Program-made: the position numbers and the translations under genes | The notes under the pieces: generated by a model | Seen by the model: only the letters and a program-made list of their open reading frames with translations | The model's database searches: none | Told to the model about the DNA's origin: nothing | Part shown: positions 51,106 to 63,937 of the stretch, piece after piece | Numbering within the stretch: the stretch's first letter is position 1 | Layout of the letters: every line of letters begins with the position of its first letter | Assembly: GCA_958009085.1 (NCBI GenBank) | Contig: OY253690.1 | Coordinates: 248,001-312,000 of the forward strand | Reading direction: 5' to 3' | DNA from: Protoeuglena noctilucae | Taxonomy: Eukaryota | Length of the DNA stretch: 64,000 bases

Positions 51106-52895
51106 AGATGGGAGATGCTGGTAGTTGATCGGAATAGCTATTGCTTACAGCAACAGCGATGCCGACCAAGGGGGGTGGGCGCGTGGGGTGGGCGACGATC
51201 GGTGACTCAGCAAAGGGGGGCGTGCGCGGGGTGCATCGAGATGTGAGATGCGATGGGAGACATCAGATTGACACTGGGGATGGCGTTCACGATGTCATCA
51301 ACCGTGTGGGGTAGGGTGGGCGACTGGTGGCCTAGCGGGGGGGGGGGGGGCGTGCGCGGGGTGCAGCGCGATGTGACATGGGATGGAAGAGACAGACATG
51401 GGGCTTGCTTGGTTTGACTATCATTGTCTGTAATACGAACCATGTGGGGTGGGGTGGGGTGGGGTGGGGATGGGGGTGACGATCGGTGACTGAGCAAAGG
51501 GGGGCGTGTGTGGGGTGCAGCGTGATGTGATGCGCGTGATGGGAGAGACAGAGAGGCAGGCACTGGCGGGGTTGGCGTTGACGAGAGTCGACCAGCCATG
51601 TGGGATGGGTGGGGTGGGGTGGGATGGGATGGGGTGGGGTGGGGCAACAACGAAACCACCCAGCCATGCAAGCGCTCCGTGTCGCGCCGGCAGCGAGCGG
51701 AGTCGACGCGCGGCCGTTGACATGACAGCGACACACAACACGCAGCTGCTCCGCGCTGCTTTGCGCTGCTTGCGTTGCTCACGCGACCTGCTTCACTTCA
51801 CGCGACCCTTTGTGTGCCGCCCGGCCCCCGCGTGCAAGGGGCTGCTTGCGTGCTTGCGCCAAACACCCCCGCACATACCCTGCCCGTGCTCGGTAAGGTG
51901 TCCGTTGGGCATAGAGCATGATAGTTAGTCCGTCAATTAGGACCGACGGCGCCAGGGTCAGAGTGACGAGCAGCCTGTGACTAGGGCGGTTGGGGCGATG
52001 GGGAGTGGCGCGAGATTACTCACTAGCTTACTTACTGGCTTAGTAAGTGTTACTTACCAGCCAACAACACCACCAAGCCGACCTGAGCCATCGCCGCAGC
52101 CACCCCTGCCAATGTCAATGCAGTGACCCCTACTGCCCGTCTTGCGGTTACTGTTACTGTTCCCTTTTCCTACTCCCCTTTCCCATCAACGCTCGTTGAA
52201 AGATCGCGTTCTCTGTTTCTATATCTTATGCTATGGGTACAATGTAGGGGTGGTGACTATGACACCTCAGTAACACATCTACAATGCCTGCTTAGATTAG
52301 TGACAAAGGAAGAAACTCTGAGAGTCGTGGGGTGCAAAAAGTGCAAAGCGCATTGGTGGGTGGGTATGGGGCTGGGCTGGGTGGAGCAAGGGGCAGTGCA
52401 GTGCAGTGTTGAGCAATACCATTCGATGCAATCAGCAAAGGGTGGCGTTGCGCAGTGGTTCGCTGGTGTTGTGTTGGTGATGCTGGGAACGAGGGCAGCT
52501 GCGGTGGCGGTGGCCGGCGGTGCGTTATGTAGAGAGGTGTAAGTTGGAGAGATGATGTGTTAGAAAGAAGATGAGATGAGATGAGAGACAAGAGACACTT
52601 GCAAGCAGTGTGACAGAAAATGTTTTGCTTTTCATTTTTCAAACAGCGAGGGGCGGAATGGCGTCACCCCATTTCCAGCCCCACCTACCCACCACCACCA
52701 CCACCACACTCCCCACCCCCCCACTCGCACACCCCACTACACTCTCATCAACACCCCGCATCACCCCCCACTCCCACCATACCCCCTCTCTCATCATCAC
52801 CCCTGCTTGGCCCTGGCCACCACCACCATCCCTACCACCACCACCGCTCCCCATCACCCATCCACATCCAATCACACCCATATCTCCCCCCATCT

Positions 52896-55800
52896 CTACC
52901 CCTGCTTGGCCCTGGCCACCGCCTCGGCCGCCGCCGCGGCAATCGACGCGTCGTTCGCGTTCGGCAAGTAGTAGTACTGCCCCTGCCCCGCCTTGGCGAT
53001 CTCCTGGGCGAACCCGGTCGATACGAACTTGTTCTCGGTGTCGATCACCAGCAGCTGCAGGCCGGCGGCATAGACCTTGCGGGACATGTCGAGGACCTGG
53101 GGGGGGGGGGTTGTGGGGGTGGTGAGTGATGTGGGGTGGGGTGAGTGGGGTGAGGGTGGGAGTGGGGGATGAGGGAGTGGAAGTAAGGGTGACTAGGGTG
53201 GGGGAGAGGCAGTGAAGGGTGTGTGAGGGTGAGGGTGGTGGAGGGGTGGTGAGGGGTTGGACACACCCACATTCAGCAAACACTTCCCCTATTTCAACCA
53301 CCATCACTCTCACACCTACTTACTCCATCACTCCCACATTCAGCCATAACTCCCATCTCACCTCCGCCCTCAGCTCCTCCGCCCCCATGTTCTTCTGTTC
53401 TTCTTGGGCAGCTCCCCCTCACACCCACACCCACTAACACACACACTAGCACACACCATGACAATTCAAATTCAAACATTCAAACACCCTTCTCACCTCC
53501 GCCCTCAGCTCCTCAGCCGCCATCTTCTCCTTCGGCGGCTCCCCCTCCGCTTCGTTGGCCTTGGACAGCGGCACGTTGGCACGACCATCCGTGATGAGCA
53601 CCACCATGGCGCGGCCCACGTCGCCCTGGGTGTCAGGAGAGATGGGGATAGTCGACATAGTATATATACACTATATGGCATTGTGTAGACTGCATGGCAT
53701 ATCGATGTGTATGGGATGGGTGGGACGGGGTGAGGACCACCGTGGCGCGGCCAATCTCCCATCCCATATCCCACCAACCACTCCCAGCCAGCAACAGCAC
53801 AAACAGTACCAGTCACAATCACACAACTCTTCCCCACTCTCACCTGCGCGAGTGCGTTCATGCCCGTCCTGGCCGCGAGCGACAGCCCGTGCGCCAGGGG
53901 CGACCCCCCCCCGCACGGCAGCGTGTCCATGCGCTTGCGGGCCATCGAGATGGACTTGGAGGGGGGGAGCAGCACCTCGGCCTTGTCGCCGTAAAAGGGG
54001 ATCAGGCACACCTGGGGGGATGGGGGGATGGGAGTTAGGTGTTGGAATAAGAGTGAGTATGATGGTGAGAGTGGTTGTCAGTACTATGGTAAGTGCATCG
54101 GCCTTGTCTCCATAAAAGGGGATCAGGCACACCTGAGATGGAGGGGGAGATGGGGAGAGGGGAGGGTGTGCAGAGCTGCTTTAGTGATGGTGGTGAGCGA
54201 CAGCGCTGCACTGTGCAGCCGCATCCACACTCCCATCAGTACCATCATCACTCTCCCTCTCTGTTTATCTCTACTCATATACACCCACTCACCTGGTCTC
54301 TGCTCTGGTACGAGTCGGCCAGTAGCCGCATCACGGCCCCCTTGGCCGACGCCATGCGATTGAGCGCCATGCTGCCCGACGCATCCACCACAAAGAGCAC
54401 CAGCGCGCCTGCCTTGCGGGCCATCTTCTTGGCGCGCATGTCGGGCTCCTCCACAAACACGTTGCGGGAGGCCTGGGGGGGATGGGGGGGAAGGGGTGGG
54501 GTTGGGGTTGGTGTGGGTGGGTTAAGAGGGGGTGAGGGGGTGGGTTGGGGGGGTGAGGATGGGGGAGGGGGAGAGGGAGAGGTGTGAGCGTCAGGAATGA
54601 TTGCGAGACGGCTGGGAGTATCGAATAAAGTGTGTGCACAGTTCAAACACCCAACAAATACCCACTCGCCTTTCCCTCCCGGACCGCCTGCTCCCGCCTG
54701 CTGCGCTGGTACGGGGCTGCCGCCCTGAGCGTGGCGTCCACGGCCAGCCGCCGCACTTTGCCCTTGGGGAGGATGGGCTTGATGTAACGACCCCGGTCCT
54801 CGCTGAAGATCAGGTTCTTGGCCCTGGGTTATCAGTGCAAGGGGTGTTGCAGTCTTGTGCTTCTGGGTCACGTTGCGCTTGACCAATGAGGGAGTCCATT
54901 GGGCAAGGCACATGGCTGCCAACCACACACACCATCCCTCACCTCCCGTGCTGCTGCTGCTGCCAGGCCTCCATCTAAGTGCCCACCGCACACACCCACA
55001 CACTCCATCAATACACACACCCCCACTCCCTCACCTCCCGCTCCTCCCCTGCGCCCTCTGCTGCTGCTGCGCCATCTGCATCACGCTCGGGTCCATCACC
55101 ACCCCCTCCGTGTCAAACATGAACTCCTGCGGGATCTGATCCGATTCGGGGTCGTCCTCGTCGTCCTCTTCCTCGTTCTCGTCTTCTTCCTCCTGCTCCT
55201 CCTCCTCCTGTGTGGTTATTGGGGAAATGGGGAGGTGTGTTAGTATAAGTAATATAAATCATCTACTGCAATAGTACTGGTGCTGTAAGTACTGGATATT
55301 TACAATAGCAGGTGCCGCCAGCTCACCTCCACCACCTACCCCCACCCATCTACATTCGTAATCCACTTATCTATATATCTTATACTATATATATTATATA
55401 TAACCGATCCCCATCTCATCCCCCCCTCACCTCCTGCTCCCCGCTGTCCTGGGGCGGCGGGGGCGGCGGCGGCGGCGGCTGCTCCTCGGGGGGAGGGGGG
55501 TCCCTCAGCACACTCCTCGGCAATATCACCAGCTCCACCGCGCGCTGCAGGTCCTCCGGCTCCACCCGGTTGCGGCCTTCCAGGGCTGCGCACGCCTTGG
55601 CGACCCGCACGGCAAAGACCTCGGCCCGATGCCCCTGCACGCCCCCGCGGCGCGCCTCCTCCACCAGGTACTTGACCTGATTGGGGGAGGGGGGAGAGGA
55701 AGGTTATAAACATGTATATATAGTATTATATGAGAGAGAGGGTGAGTGAGTGGGGGTGGCAGTGAGGGAGGCAATCGGGGTGGCAATGAGGGTGAGGGTG

Positions 55801-58550
55801 GCCAGAAGAGTGGGGGTGGCAGCGTGGCGACCGACTTCAGGTACTCTCATGCCCATGCACCCGTCACTACTTCACTACATGCACCCACATTCCCCCTCTC
55901 ATTCACCTGCTTTGGCCCGATGGCGACCGTCTTCAGGTACTCGCGTGCGAATATGATGTTGGTCTTGAGCTCCTCCGTCAGCTCCGTCACCTCGCGGAAC
56001 ACCGACTGTTGGGGATGGGGGGGGTAATTGAAGTGAGAGGGATGGGAGAGGTGAGAGGTGAGAGGGGGGGCTTAGAGGGGTGGGAGTGGGGGTGAGAGTG
56101 GGATGGGGGAGGGGGTGGGAGAGGTGGATGAGGCACTGTGACGCTCTCCCTCACTCTGCACCATCACCACTTCTACTCAACCACTCACCCACTCCCTCAT
56201 CTACTGCCACCATATGTCATATAATAATTTTCAGTCATTCCCCATATATACACCCCCATCACTTACCTGCGGGTCGTCCTGGAACCTCTGCGCCATCTCC
56301 ACCGCCGCCACCCGCTCCTCGAACGACGCCGGCACGTCGCAGCTCAGCGTCACGGCCACGCGGTCCAGCAGGTGCTCGCGGAGGGGGCCCTCTGCGATGG
56401 TTGAGCATAGGAGAATACGAGTATATATTTGAGTATACTCCGGGTTGTAGGTGGCAATGAGCACACAGTCACTATCACCCCAAACAAACACCAATTAACC
56501 ATTCCATCTCCCCTCCCCCCCCCCCCCCCTCATCTCTCACCCTCCGGGTTGTAGGTGGCGATGAGCATGCACTCACTACCACCCCACAGCACCATCCAAT
56601 TAAGTAATGAGTAATAACCGCTCAATTATAACCACTCAACCACCCATCAACACCCCCCCTCACCCTCCGGGTTGTACGTGGCTATCAAAAGTGGCCGGCA
56701 GGGGTGGGAGATGGAGATTCCCTCCCTCTCCACCACGTTCACGCCGTCCGCCAGGATCGACAGCAGCAGGTTGCAGATGCCGTCGTCCAGCAGGTTCACC
56801 TCGTCCACGTAGAGGATGCCCCGGTGGGCCTCGGCGAGGAGGCCGGGCTGGAAAACCGTCTTGCCCTCCTGTTGGGGGGAGGGGAGGGGGGTGTCAAATC
56901 GGTGTTTAGATTGTGGGAATGGTATGTGAATGGATGCAAGTGGGTGTGAGGCCGGGCTGGAAGACCGTCTTGCCGTCCTGTTGAGTGGGAGATGGGGGGG
57001 ATGGGTTGGGGTGAGTTAAAGTGGGGGTAAGAGTGGGAGTGTGTGTGACAGGCCTAGCTGGTACACCGGTACTCACATCCACACCCATCTGTACATCTGT
57101 TATACTCATCACCCCCATCACCCCATCATACATCTGTTATACTCATCACCCCCCCATCACACTCTCACCTTCATTGACGCCTCGATGTCCACCGTCCCCA
57201 CCAGGCGGTCCTCGGTCACCCCCAGCGGGATCTGCACATAGGGAGCCTCCTTGACGACACGCACGGGGTCGGCACCGTTCAGGCGCTCGCGGAGGCCGTC
57301 CTCCCACTCCCCGGGGGAGTCTGGGGTGGGGGAGGGGGGTGCTAGTGGTGTTGAGCGGGGGTGGGGGTGTGTGGGAAGGGGGTTGGGGGTTGTTAAGGGG
57401 TGTTGAGAGGGGGGGTGTGGGGGTGTGGGGGGGGGTCGAGGGGTGTTGTGGGTGAGGGGGGGAAGGTGGTGTGAGAGATGCGGCTGAGAGAGGTAGGGGT
57501 TGAGTGGGGAGGTGGGGAAGGGAGGTGGTGTGATAGAGTTGAATGATGTGACAGGAAATCTGAGAACAATGGAGGGGAGAGATGGGGAATGAGGGAGGAG
57601 CGACGGAGCACGGTTGGTGTAGCGGCTGCGTTGCATGTGCACGTGCTGGGTATTGAGATAGGAGCGGTCCTTGCTGTCCATCCCCCCACTCCACCCCTCT
57701 CCCATCCCACACCGTCCCGGGAGGGGAGGGACAGACCGTCGCGTGAACCCATGCATGGGGTGCGTGGAGATGGGGAGAGCGGCACCGCTCGCTAGTACCA
57801 CCGGTAAGACATGCAATGGCGAGTGCGCGGACACATCAGTGGGCACGCACACCCCGACCACCCCCATCGCTCACCACTCTCCCGACTCCCCACACACACC
57901 ACACCCACTCCCCCTCTGCCCCACACACCCACTCACCCGGGTCCGCATTGCAGATGGACCCCTCGACGACCTCAATGGGCGGCAGCAGGGCGTGGATGCC
58001 CCTGGCCATGATGGACTTGGCCGTGCCACGCCTCCCCGCAATCGCCACGCCGCCCAGGTTCGTGTCGCACGCGCCCAGGAGCAGCGCCTGCGGGGAGACA
58101 CGATGAGCGCGCTGGGAAGAAAGAATGGAAACAAAGCGATGTGATGGTGACGACGCCCGGGCCGCGGCGCGCCTGCTTGATGAGCTGCTGGCCCACGACC
58201 GCGGCGAGCGGAAAGGTGCGGAGGAGCTTCAGCTGCTTGCTGTCGCTGCTCAAGAGGACGGAGGAAGACTGTTCCATCGCCTCGGCGGCCTTGGCTGCGG
58301 GCATGGCGAGGCGCTCGGCGTGTCGCACCACGGATAGAGTGCGCGCGTCCGCGCCCGCCCCGCGATCTCGTGGCCGAGGGCTGGCGCGGGGACGGTCACC
58401 TCGGTCCTCCGCCGAAGCCGCAACTGCCGCGATGGCGAGCGACCTCCCCGGCTTCCCCCATGGCGTCGCGCGCGCGGCCGGGCGCTGACCCCCGGGCCCA
58501 GCTGCCAGGCGCGTCGCGCCGGCCCACCAGGCGCAGCAGGCGCCCTTCAT
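52896..58550 (-). CDS. CHLD: Magnesium chelatase subunit D, nuclear-encoded plastid protein, multi-exon; start tentative
   Basis: [60 protein letters not shown], a polyproline/acidic linker, and the vWA motifs [14 protein letters not shown] and LITDGRANV. Confidence 0.97.
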
Positions 58551-58894
58551 CCGGGTCCCCGAAACGCGATTTTCAGAACATGAAACGATGGGATGCCAGG
58601 CGCGCGCCCACGTCGCTCCCGGCGGTGTATCTCCGCGGGAGGGTCGGTGGTCGAGCCGATGCCGATGCGATGGTGCGCGGGTGCCGCGTCGATTCTTCGA
58701 GATGCCGATGCGAGTCCCGCACCTCGGCCCGACGCCCCTTATCCTGGCCTGACGCCCGCTGTCAGAGCCCCGGGCCACCCCAACCCCGGCCAAGGCTCCC
58801 GGGGGCCCGTACCGGCCCGCCTGTCACGCCCACGCGAAACCCCACTGCTTCTCCCCCCCGCCGGCCTCGCCCTCTCGGGATCCTCGCGCTCGCC

Positions 58895-59846
58895 ATGTCC
58901 GCCGTCCGCGCTTTTGGGGCTGGGGCCGTCCGCGTGCAGGTGAGGCACCTGCGGGCGGTATCCGGGCGCCAGGGGGCGCGTCGCGCGTCTCGCCGACGTT
59001 AACGATCGCGGGGACGCCGCTGCGATCCGCGCGCGCCCGGTCGCGGCGAGGGGAACGAGGCCGGCCCGAGGGCGGGGATCTGCGCGGGCCCGGGGCTATA
59101 CTCGGCCGCGCGCCGCGTCCTTACCGTCGCACCGAGCGAATGTCCGCGTCTAATTAGGGGATGGGGCCCCCCGGGCGCCGTGGGGCCGGCCCGAGGGTCC
59201 CATGGGGCGCCGCTTGCCGCGTCGCGCGGGCGATGGCCGCGATGCGTCGCCCACCGCCTTGCTCGGATCGTCGTTTCGCGCAGGCGCGCCCGTCCGTCCG
59301 GGCGGCGGTCCGCCGCGCCGTGGTCTGCCGCGCGGTCGACAAGGAGCAGGTCCTGACGGACGTGCGCTCCATCATCGCCGAGCAGCTGGGCACTGACGTC
59401 AACTCCGTGACGGTGCGTGGCGCGCGAGCGCGGGCGATCCGCGCGCGGGGCATGGAGCAGCGCGGGGCGCCCCTCGGGAGTCGGGGCGCGGCTTCATTAT
59501 CTTTCCCGGGGCCGCGCGGGAGTCCTCCTGGCGTCGCTCCGCGGCCTCCAAGAGATTCCCATCTCGTAGATCTCGCACTTGTCGCGTCCCTCCGCGTCCC
59601 GCGCCCCGCAGCCGGGCCGTCGCGCCCACGTGCGATGCGTCGTTCACGCTTCCCCCTTCGCGCGGCGTTTCCCCGCAGAGCGAGGCCAAGTTCTCCGACC
59701 TGGGCGCGGACTCCCTCGACACGGTGGAGATCATGATGGCTCTGGAGGAGAAGTTCGACATCCAGCTGGACGAGGAGGGGGCGGAGAACATCACGACGGT
59801 GGGGGAGGCCGCTGACCTCATCTCTGCCCAGATCAACAAGGCCTAA
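58895..59846 (+). CDS. ACP: Plastid acyl carrier protein; exons 58895-58939, 59284-59412, 59679-59846
   Basis: Ala/Arg-rich transit peptide ending VVCRA, then [10 protein letters not shown] and [20 protein letters not shown] (phosphopantetheine serine). Confidence 0.96.
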
Positions 59847-60178
59847 GCTTTGAAGTTAGGCCACGGGGAGCGGACGATCCATTACTCCGCGAATAGCCAT
59901 CTAGGGGCGGCACGCGCGCCGTTGAAGCGTGGAGTCGTTGTTGATGAGGGGGGTCGGTGTGGGGGTTGGGATGGCAAAGAGTTGTTATCATTCAAAGAGG
60001 GGAAGAGGGGCAAGGGAAGAGGGAGCTGCGCGTGCGGCATCGCGGGGCGAGAGCAGAGCGGAGGGGAGGGAGGGGGACACGTTACGGTTGGTAGCAACTA
60101 TGTCGCACCCTGCCATGATTGTTCCAGCAACACCGTCACACAGCATCTGGAGACGCTGCCATGATTCAGTCACAACCT

Positions 60179-63100
60179 TCACTGCAGCGACTGCAGTCGG
60201 AAGGTGACGGCCTGGCGGTGGGCGTCCAGGCCCTCCACCTCCGCCTGTGAGGGTTGGGGGGGTGAGTGAGTGAGTGAGTGAGTGAGTGAGTGAGTGAAGA
60301 CATTGCCATGGTGGCTTTCATAGCATAGCACAGGACCGTGCTGTGCGTGAGGCGTGGCCTGGTAAGCGTCTCACCATCTTGGCCACGTGGGGTCCCAGGT
60401 TGCGCAGTCCCTCCTCCGTCAGTCGCTGCACCGTGACCTTCTTCTGCAGTTGGCATAGACACAGGCATGGTTAGTATGAATGGGCATGGTCAGACGCTGC
60501 AGTCAGCTGTCCATGGCATGCCACTGATCACCCCTACTGTACAGGGCATGCTCGTCGCTATTAATCTCATCACTCCACTCTCACCTGGAACGAGTCCAGC
60601 GACACCCCGCTGTACATGGCCGCGTACCCGTAGGTGGGCAGCACGTGGTTAGTGCCGCTGGCGTAGTCGCCCATGCTCTCGGGGGTATACCTGAGTGGGG
60701 GGAGAGGAGGGGGCATGGTTGCAGGGCAGGGATGACTGAGATGAGATGACATGCGCTCTCCACCTTTCCACTCCCACTGCCTTGCTATCACTCACATCCA
60801 TTCCCATCCACCCCAACCTCACCTCCCAAGGAACACCGACCCCGCGCTCTCCACCCCCGGCAGCCACTCGTCCGCGTCTACCGTGTTGATGATCAGGTGC
60901 TGGATGGAGAGATGAGAGATGAGAGGTGAGACAGTGAGAGAGTGAGAGAGTTACTGCTTGGCATCAGACAGGCCATGTTGATGATCAGGTCGACCAAAAT
61001 GCGCAGCGCCTCCCCCCCTCTCACCCCACCCACCACCACCCCATCCATGACCTTTCCCATGCATTCCCACCCCACCACATCGTCACTCTTAGTCAAACCC
61101 CCCCATCCCCCCCCCCTGTCTCACTTCGGGCGCATATTCGTTGGAAATACGCAGCGCCTCCTCCCTCGACTCCACGGCGATGATGCAGCTGTTGGCGATG
61201 GCGCGGCTAGCCACCGACGCGCGTGGCAGGGCCGACAGCTGGCGGTGCACCTCCGCAGCCACGGCGGGGACGTCTACGCCGGGGAGGGCCAGGAGGATGA
61301 CCTGTAAGGGGGAGGGAGTGAGTTTGAATACAGGTGAGTGAGTGAGGGAGTGGCTACGTTCACGCCGGGGAGGGCGAGCAGGATGACTTGTAAGGGGGAG
61401 GGAGTGAGTTTGAATATAAGCGAGTGGGTGTGAACTGATGAGTGAGTGACTGTGGGTGAGTGAGTGTGTGTGAGTTTGCGATTGCGACTGTGGGTGGTGG
61501 AGGTCAGTCACCCCACCCATCCATCTCTTGCCTGGTTTTGCTGGCCGGTGCTCCGCCTTGCTGAGCAGGTCCACTACCAACCATGCACATCAACACCCAT
61601 CTACACCAATCATAGTCTACACATCATCATCCATTCCCCACCCATCCCTCGCCTGGCTATCTGGCCCGTGCTCCGCCTGGCTGAGCAGGTCCGCGGCCAC
61701 GTGCGCCCTGTCCGCCCCTGCGTCGCACACCACCAGCACCTCGGAAGGCCCGGCGGGCATGTCGATCGCAACCATCGCCTGGGGGGGAGGGAGAGGTGAG
61801 AGGGAGTGTCATAAATGTATAGTGCACAACGCCATAGAAGTGGTGGCAATGCAAGTGACAGTCACAACTATCGCAGGGTCACCTCCGTACCTGCACCCAC
61901 GCCACCCCAATCACCACCACTATCACTGTCTATACAGATAGTTGAGATCCTCACCTCCGCGTTCTGCATGAGCATCTTGGCCGCCGTCACGTACTGGTTC
62001 CCCGGGCCAAAGAGCTTGTGCACCTTGGGGCAGCTCTGCGTGCCCCACCCCATGGCCGCCACCGCCTGGGCGCCGCCTGCCTTGAGGATGTGAGTGACGC
62101 CCGCCTTCTTGGCACAATACAGGACCTGGGAGGGAGATGAGAGGGGAGGTGAGTGAGTGAGTGAGTGGGTGAGTAAGTGACGCCCGCCTTCTTGGCACTA
62201 TACAGGACCTGGGAGGGAGGGGTGTGAGTGAAGCTGTGAGTGGGCGAGGATGTGCGTCACGCCTGCCTCGCACTCTGCCCTTTTCCGCCCCCACTCAATT
62301 CAGGCGACACGCCCCACCCTTGTACCACCCCCACCGACCCCACCTCACCTCCACCAGACATGCTCCCACTATGCCCCTCTGTCATCCCCCCCTCATCAAC
62401 CCCTTACTCACCTCCGGCGATATGCTCCCGTCCTGCCTGGGCGGCGTGGCCATCACCACCGTGCGGCACCCCGCGATCTGCGCAGGCACCGCCAGCATGA
62501 GGGCCGAGGAGGGGAGCACGGCGGTGCCACCGGGGACGTACAGGCCCACGCTGTGAGGATGGGGGGAGTTGGTGAGTGAGTGAGTGAGTGAGTAAGGTGA
62601 GTGAGAGGGAGAGTTGGTGTGCGGGTGAGTAGGTGAGCGGAAAGTGAGGGAGTGAGTGAGAGTGGTAGTTGGCGAGGGCGAGGAGCGAGGTGCCCCGCCA
62701 CCACCTGTGTGCCCTGATATCAACTGTCCCATCCATCACCTCCACACCGCACCACGACTGCCCCCCTCCCCTCACCTGGTGATGGGCCTCGCCACGCGCT
62801 TGCATGTGACCCCCGGCATGGTGTGCACGTCCTTGGTCTCCGTCATCTGTGACTCGTGGAATGCCTTGATGTTGGCATAGGCCACGTCGAAGGCCTCGCG
62901 GACGTCGTCGGGGAGGGAGGGGTCGGGGAGATCAGAGGGCCTGGGGGTGGGGGTGGGAGAGGGGTAAGAGTGAGCGCAGCAGGGGGTATGAGGGGTGAGA
63001 GAGGGGGGTGGGGGTGAGGGCCGCGGGGTTGCAGAGGGGTCCGGGAGATCAGAGGGCCTGGGCGTGGGGGTGGGAGAGGGGTGGGGGTGTGAGCGTAGCG

Positions 63101-63937
63101 GGGGTGTGGGCGCAGCTGTGGCTTATGAAGGGTGGGGAGAGGGGTGGGTGAGAGTGGGCAGGGAGGGGTGCCGGTGGTGGCACGGAGCGAAGACGGCATA
63201 GCATGCGTGGAGGTGGTCCAGACCAGGTGCACCACTGCACACTCCGATGAACACTCACCGCACCACCAGCTCGTCCAGGTCCGCCTTGTCGAACTGCGGG
63301 GGATACAAGCAACCTGGCATGATATCACTGAAAGCCAAATGCACACTTCACAGCCCCGCAGCTGTCGCGGCCCGGCTCTATATCCACAAACAAAAGCCCC
63401 GCTCGCCTTCTTGGTGTACTCCCGCACGGCGTCGTCGCCCCGGAGCTTGACCTGCTCGATGATGGGAGCCACCACGCCGAATATCTGCGTCAGGTCAATC
63501 CGCGGGCGCTGCAGCGCGCGGCGGAGGTCTGCGTCGGACAGCGTCCGCGCATCCAGCGTGCGGATGGCCGAGCCCGTCCCTGCGGCAAGCGGGCGAGCGA
63601 GGAGGCGTCAGGGATCCGCGGCGAACCGTGCGCAGGTCGATCGGCAAGGACCGCGGCCCAACCGGCTGGCACCACCCGCGCTTCGCGTCGCATCGGCCCC
63701 GCCGGGCGCGGCGGCCGCGAGCCCGGCCGACCAGAACGCGGGTCGGGGTGCGACTCTGGAGCACGGCACAAGGGACATGCCGGTCGAAGGCGCGGCGCGG
63801 CGCTCGCCTGGCTCGGATGCCACAGCCCCCGCCATGACGCGGCCCCTCCCCTGGCGCCTTGCCGCGAGTCCTCGGGGCCGGACCCCACACCCGCACGCAG
63901 GGACGCGACCGCCAAGCACGGCCAGCGTGGCGGGCAT
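60179..63937 (-). CDS. HDH: Histidinol dehydrogenase (HisD/HISN8), multi-exon; start tentative
   Basis: [91 protein letters not shown]. Confidence 0.96.
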
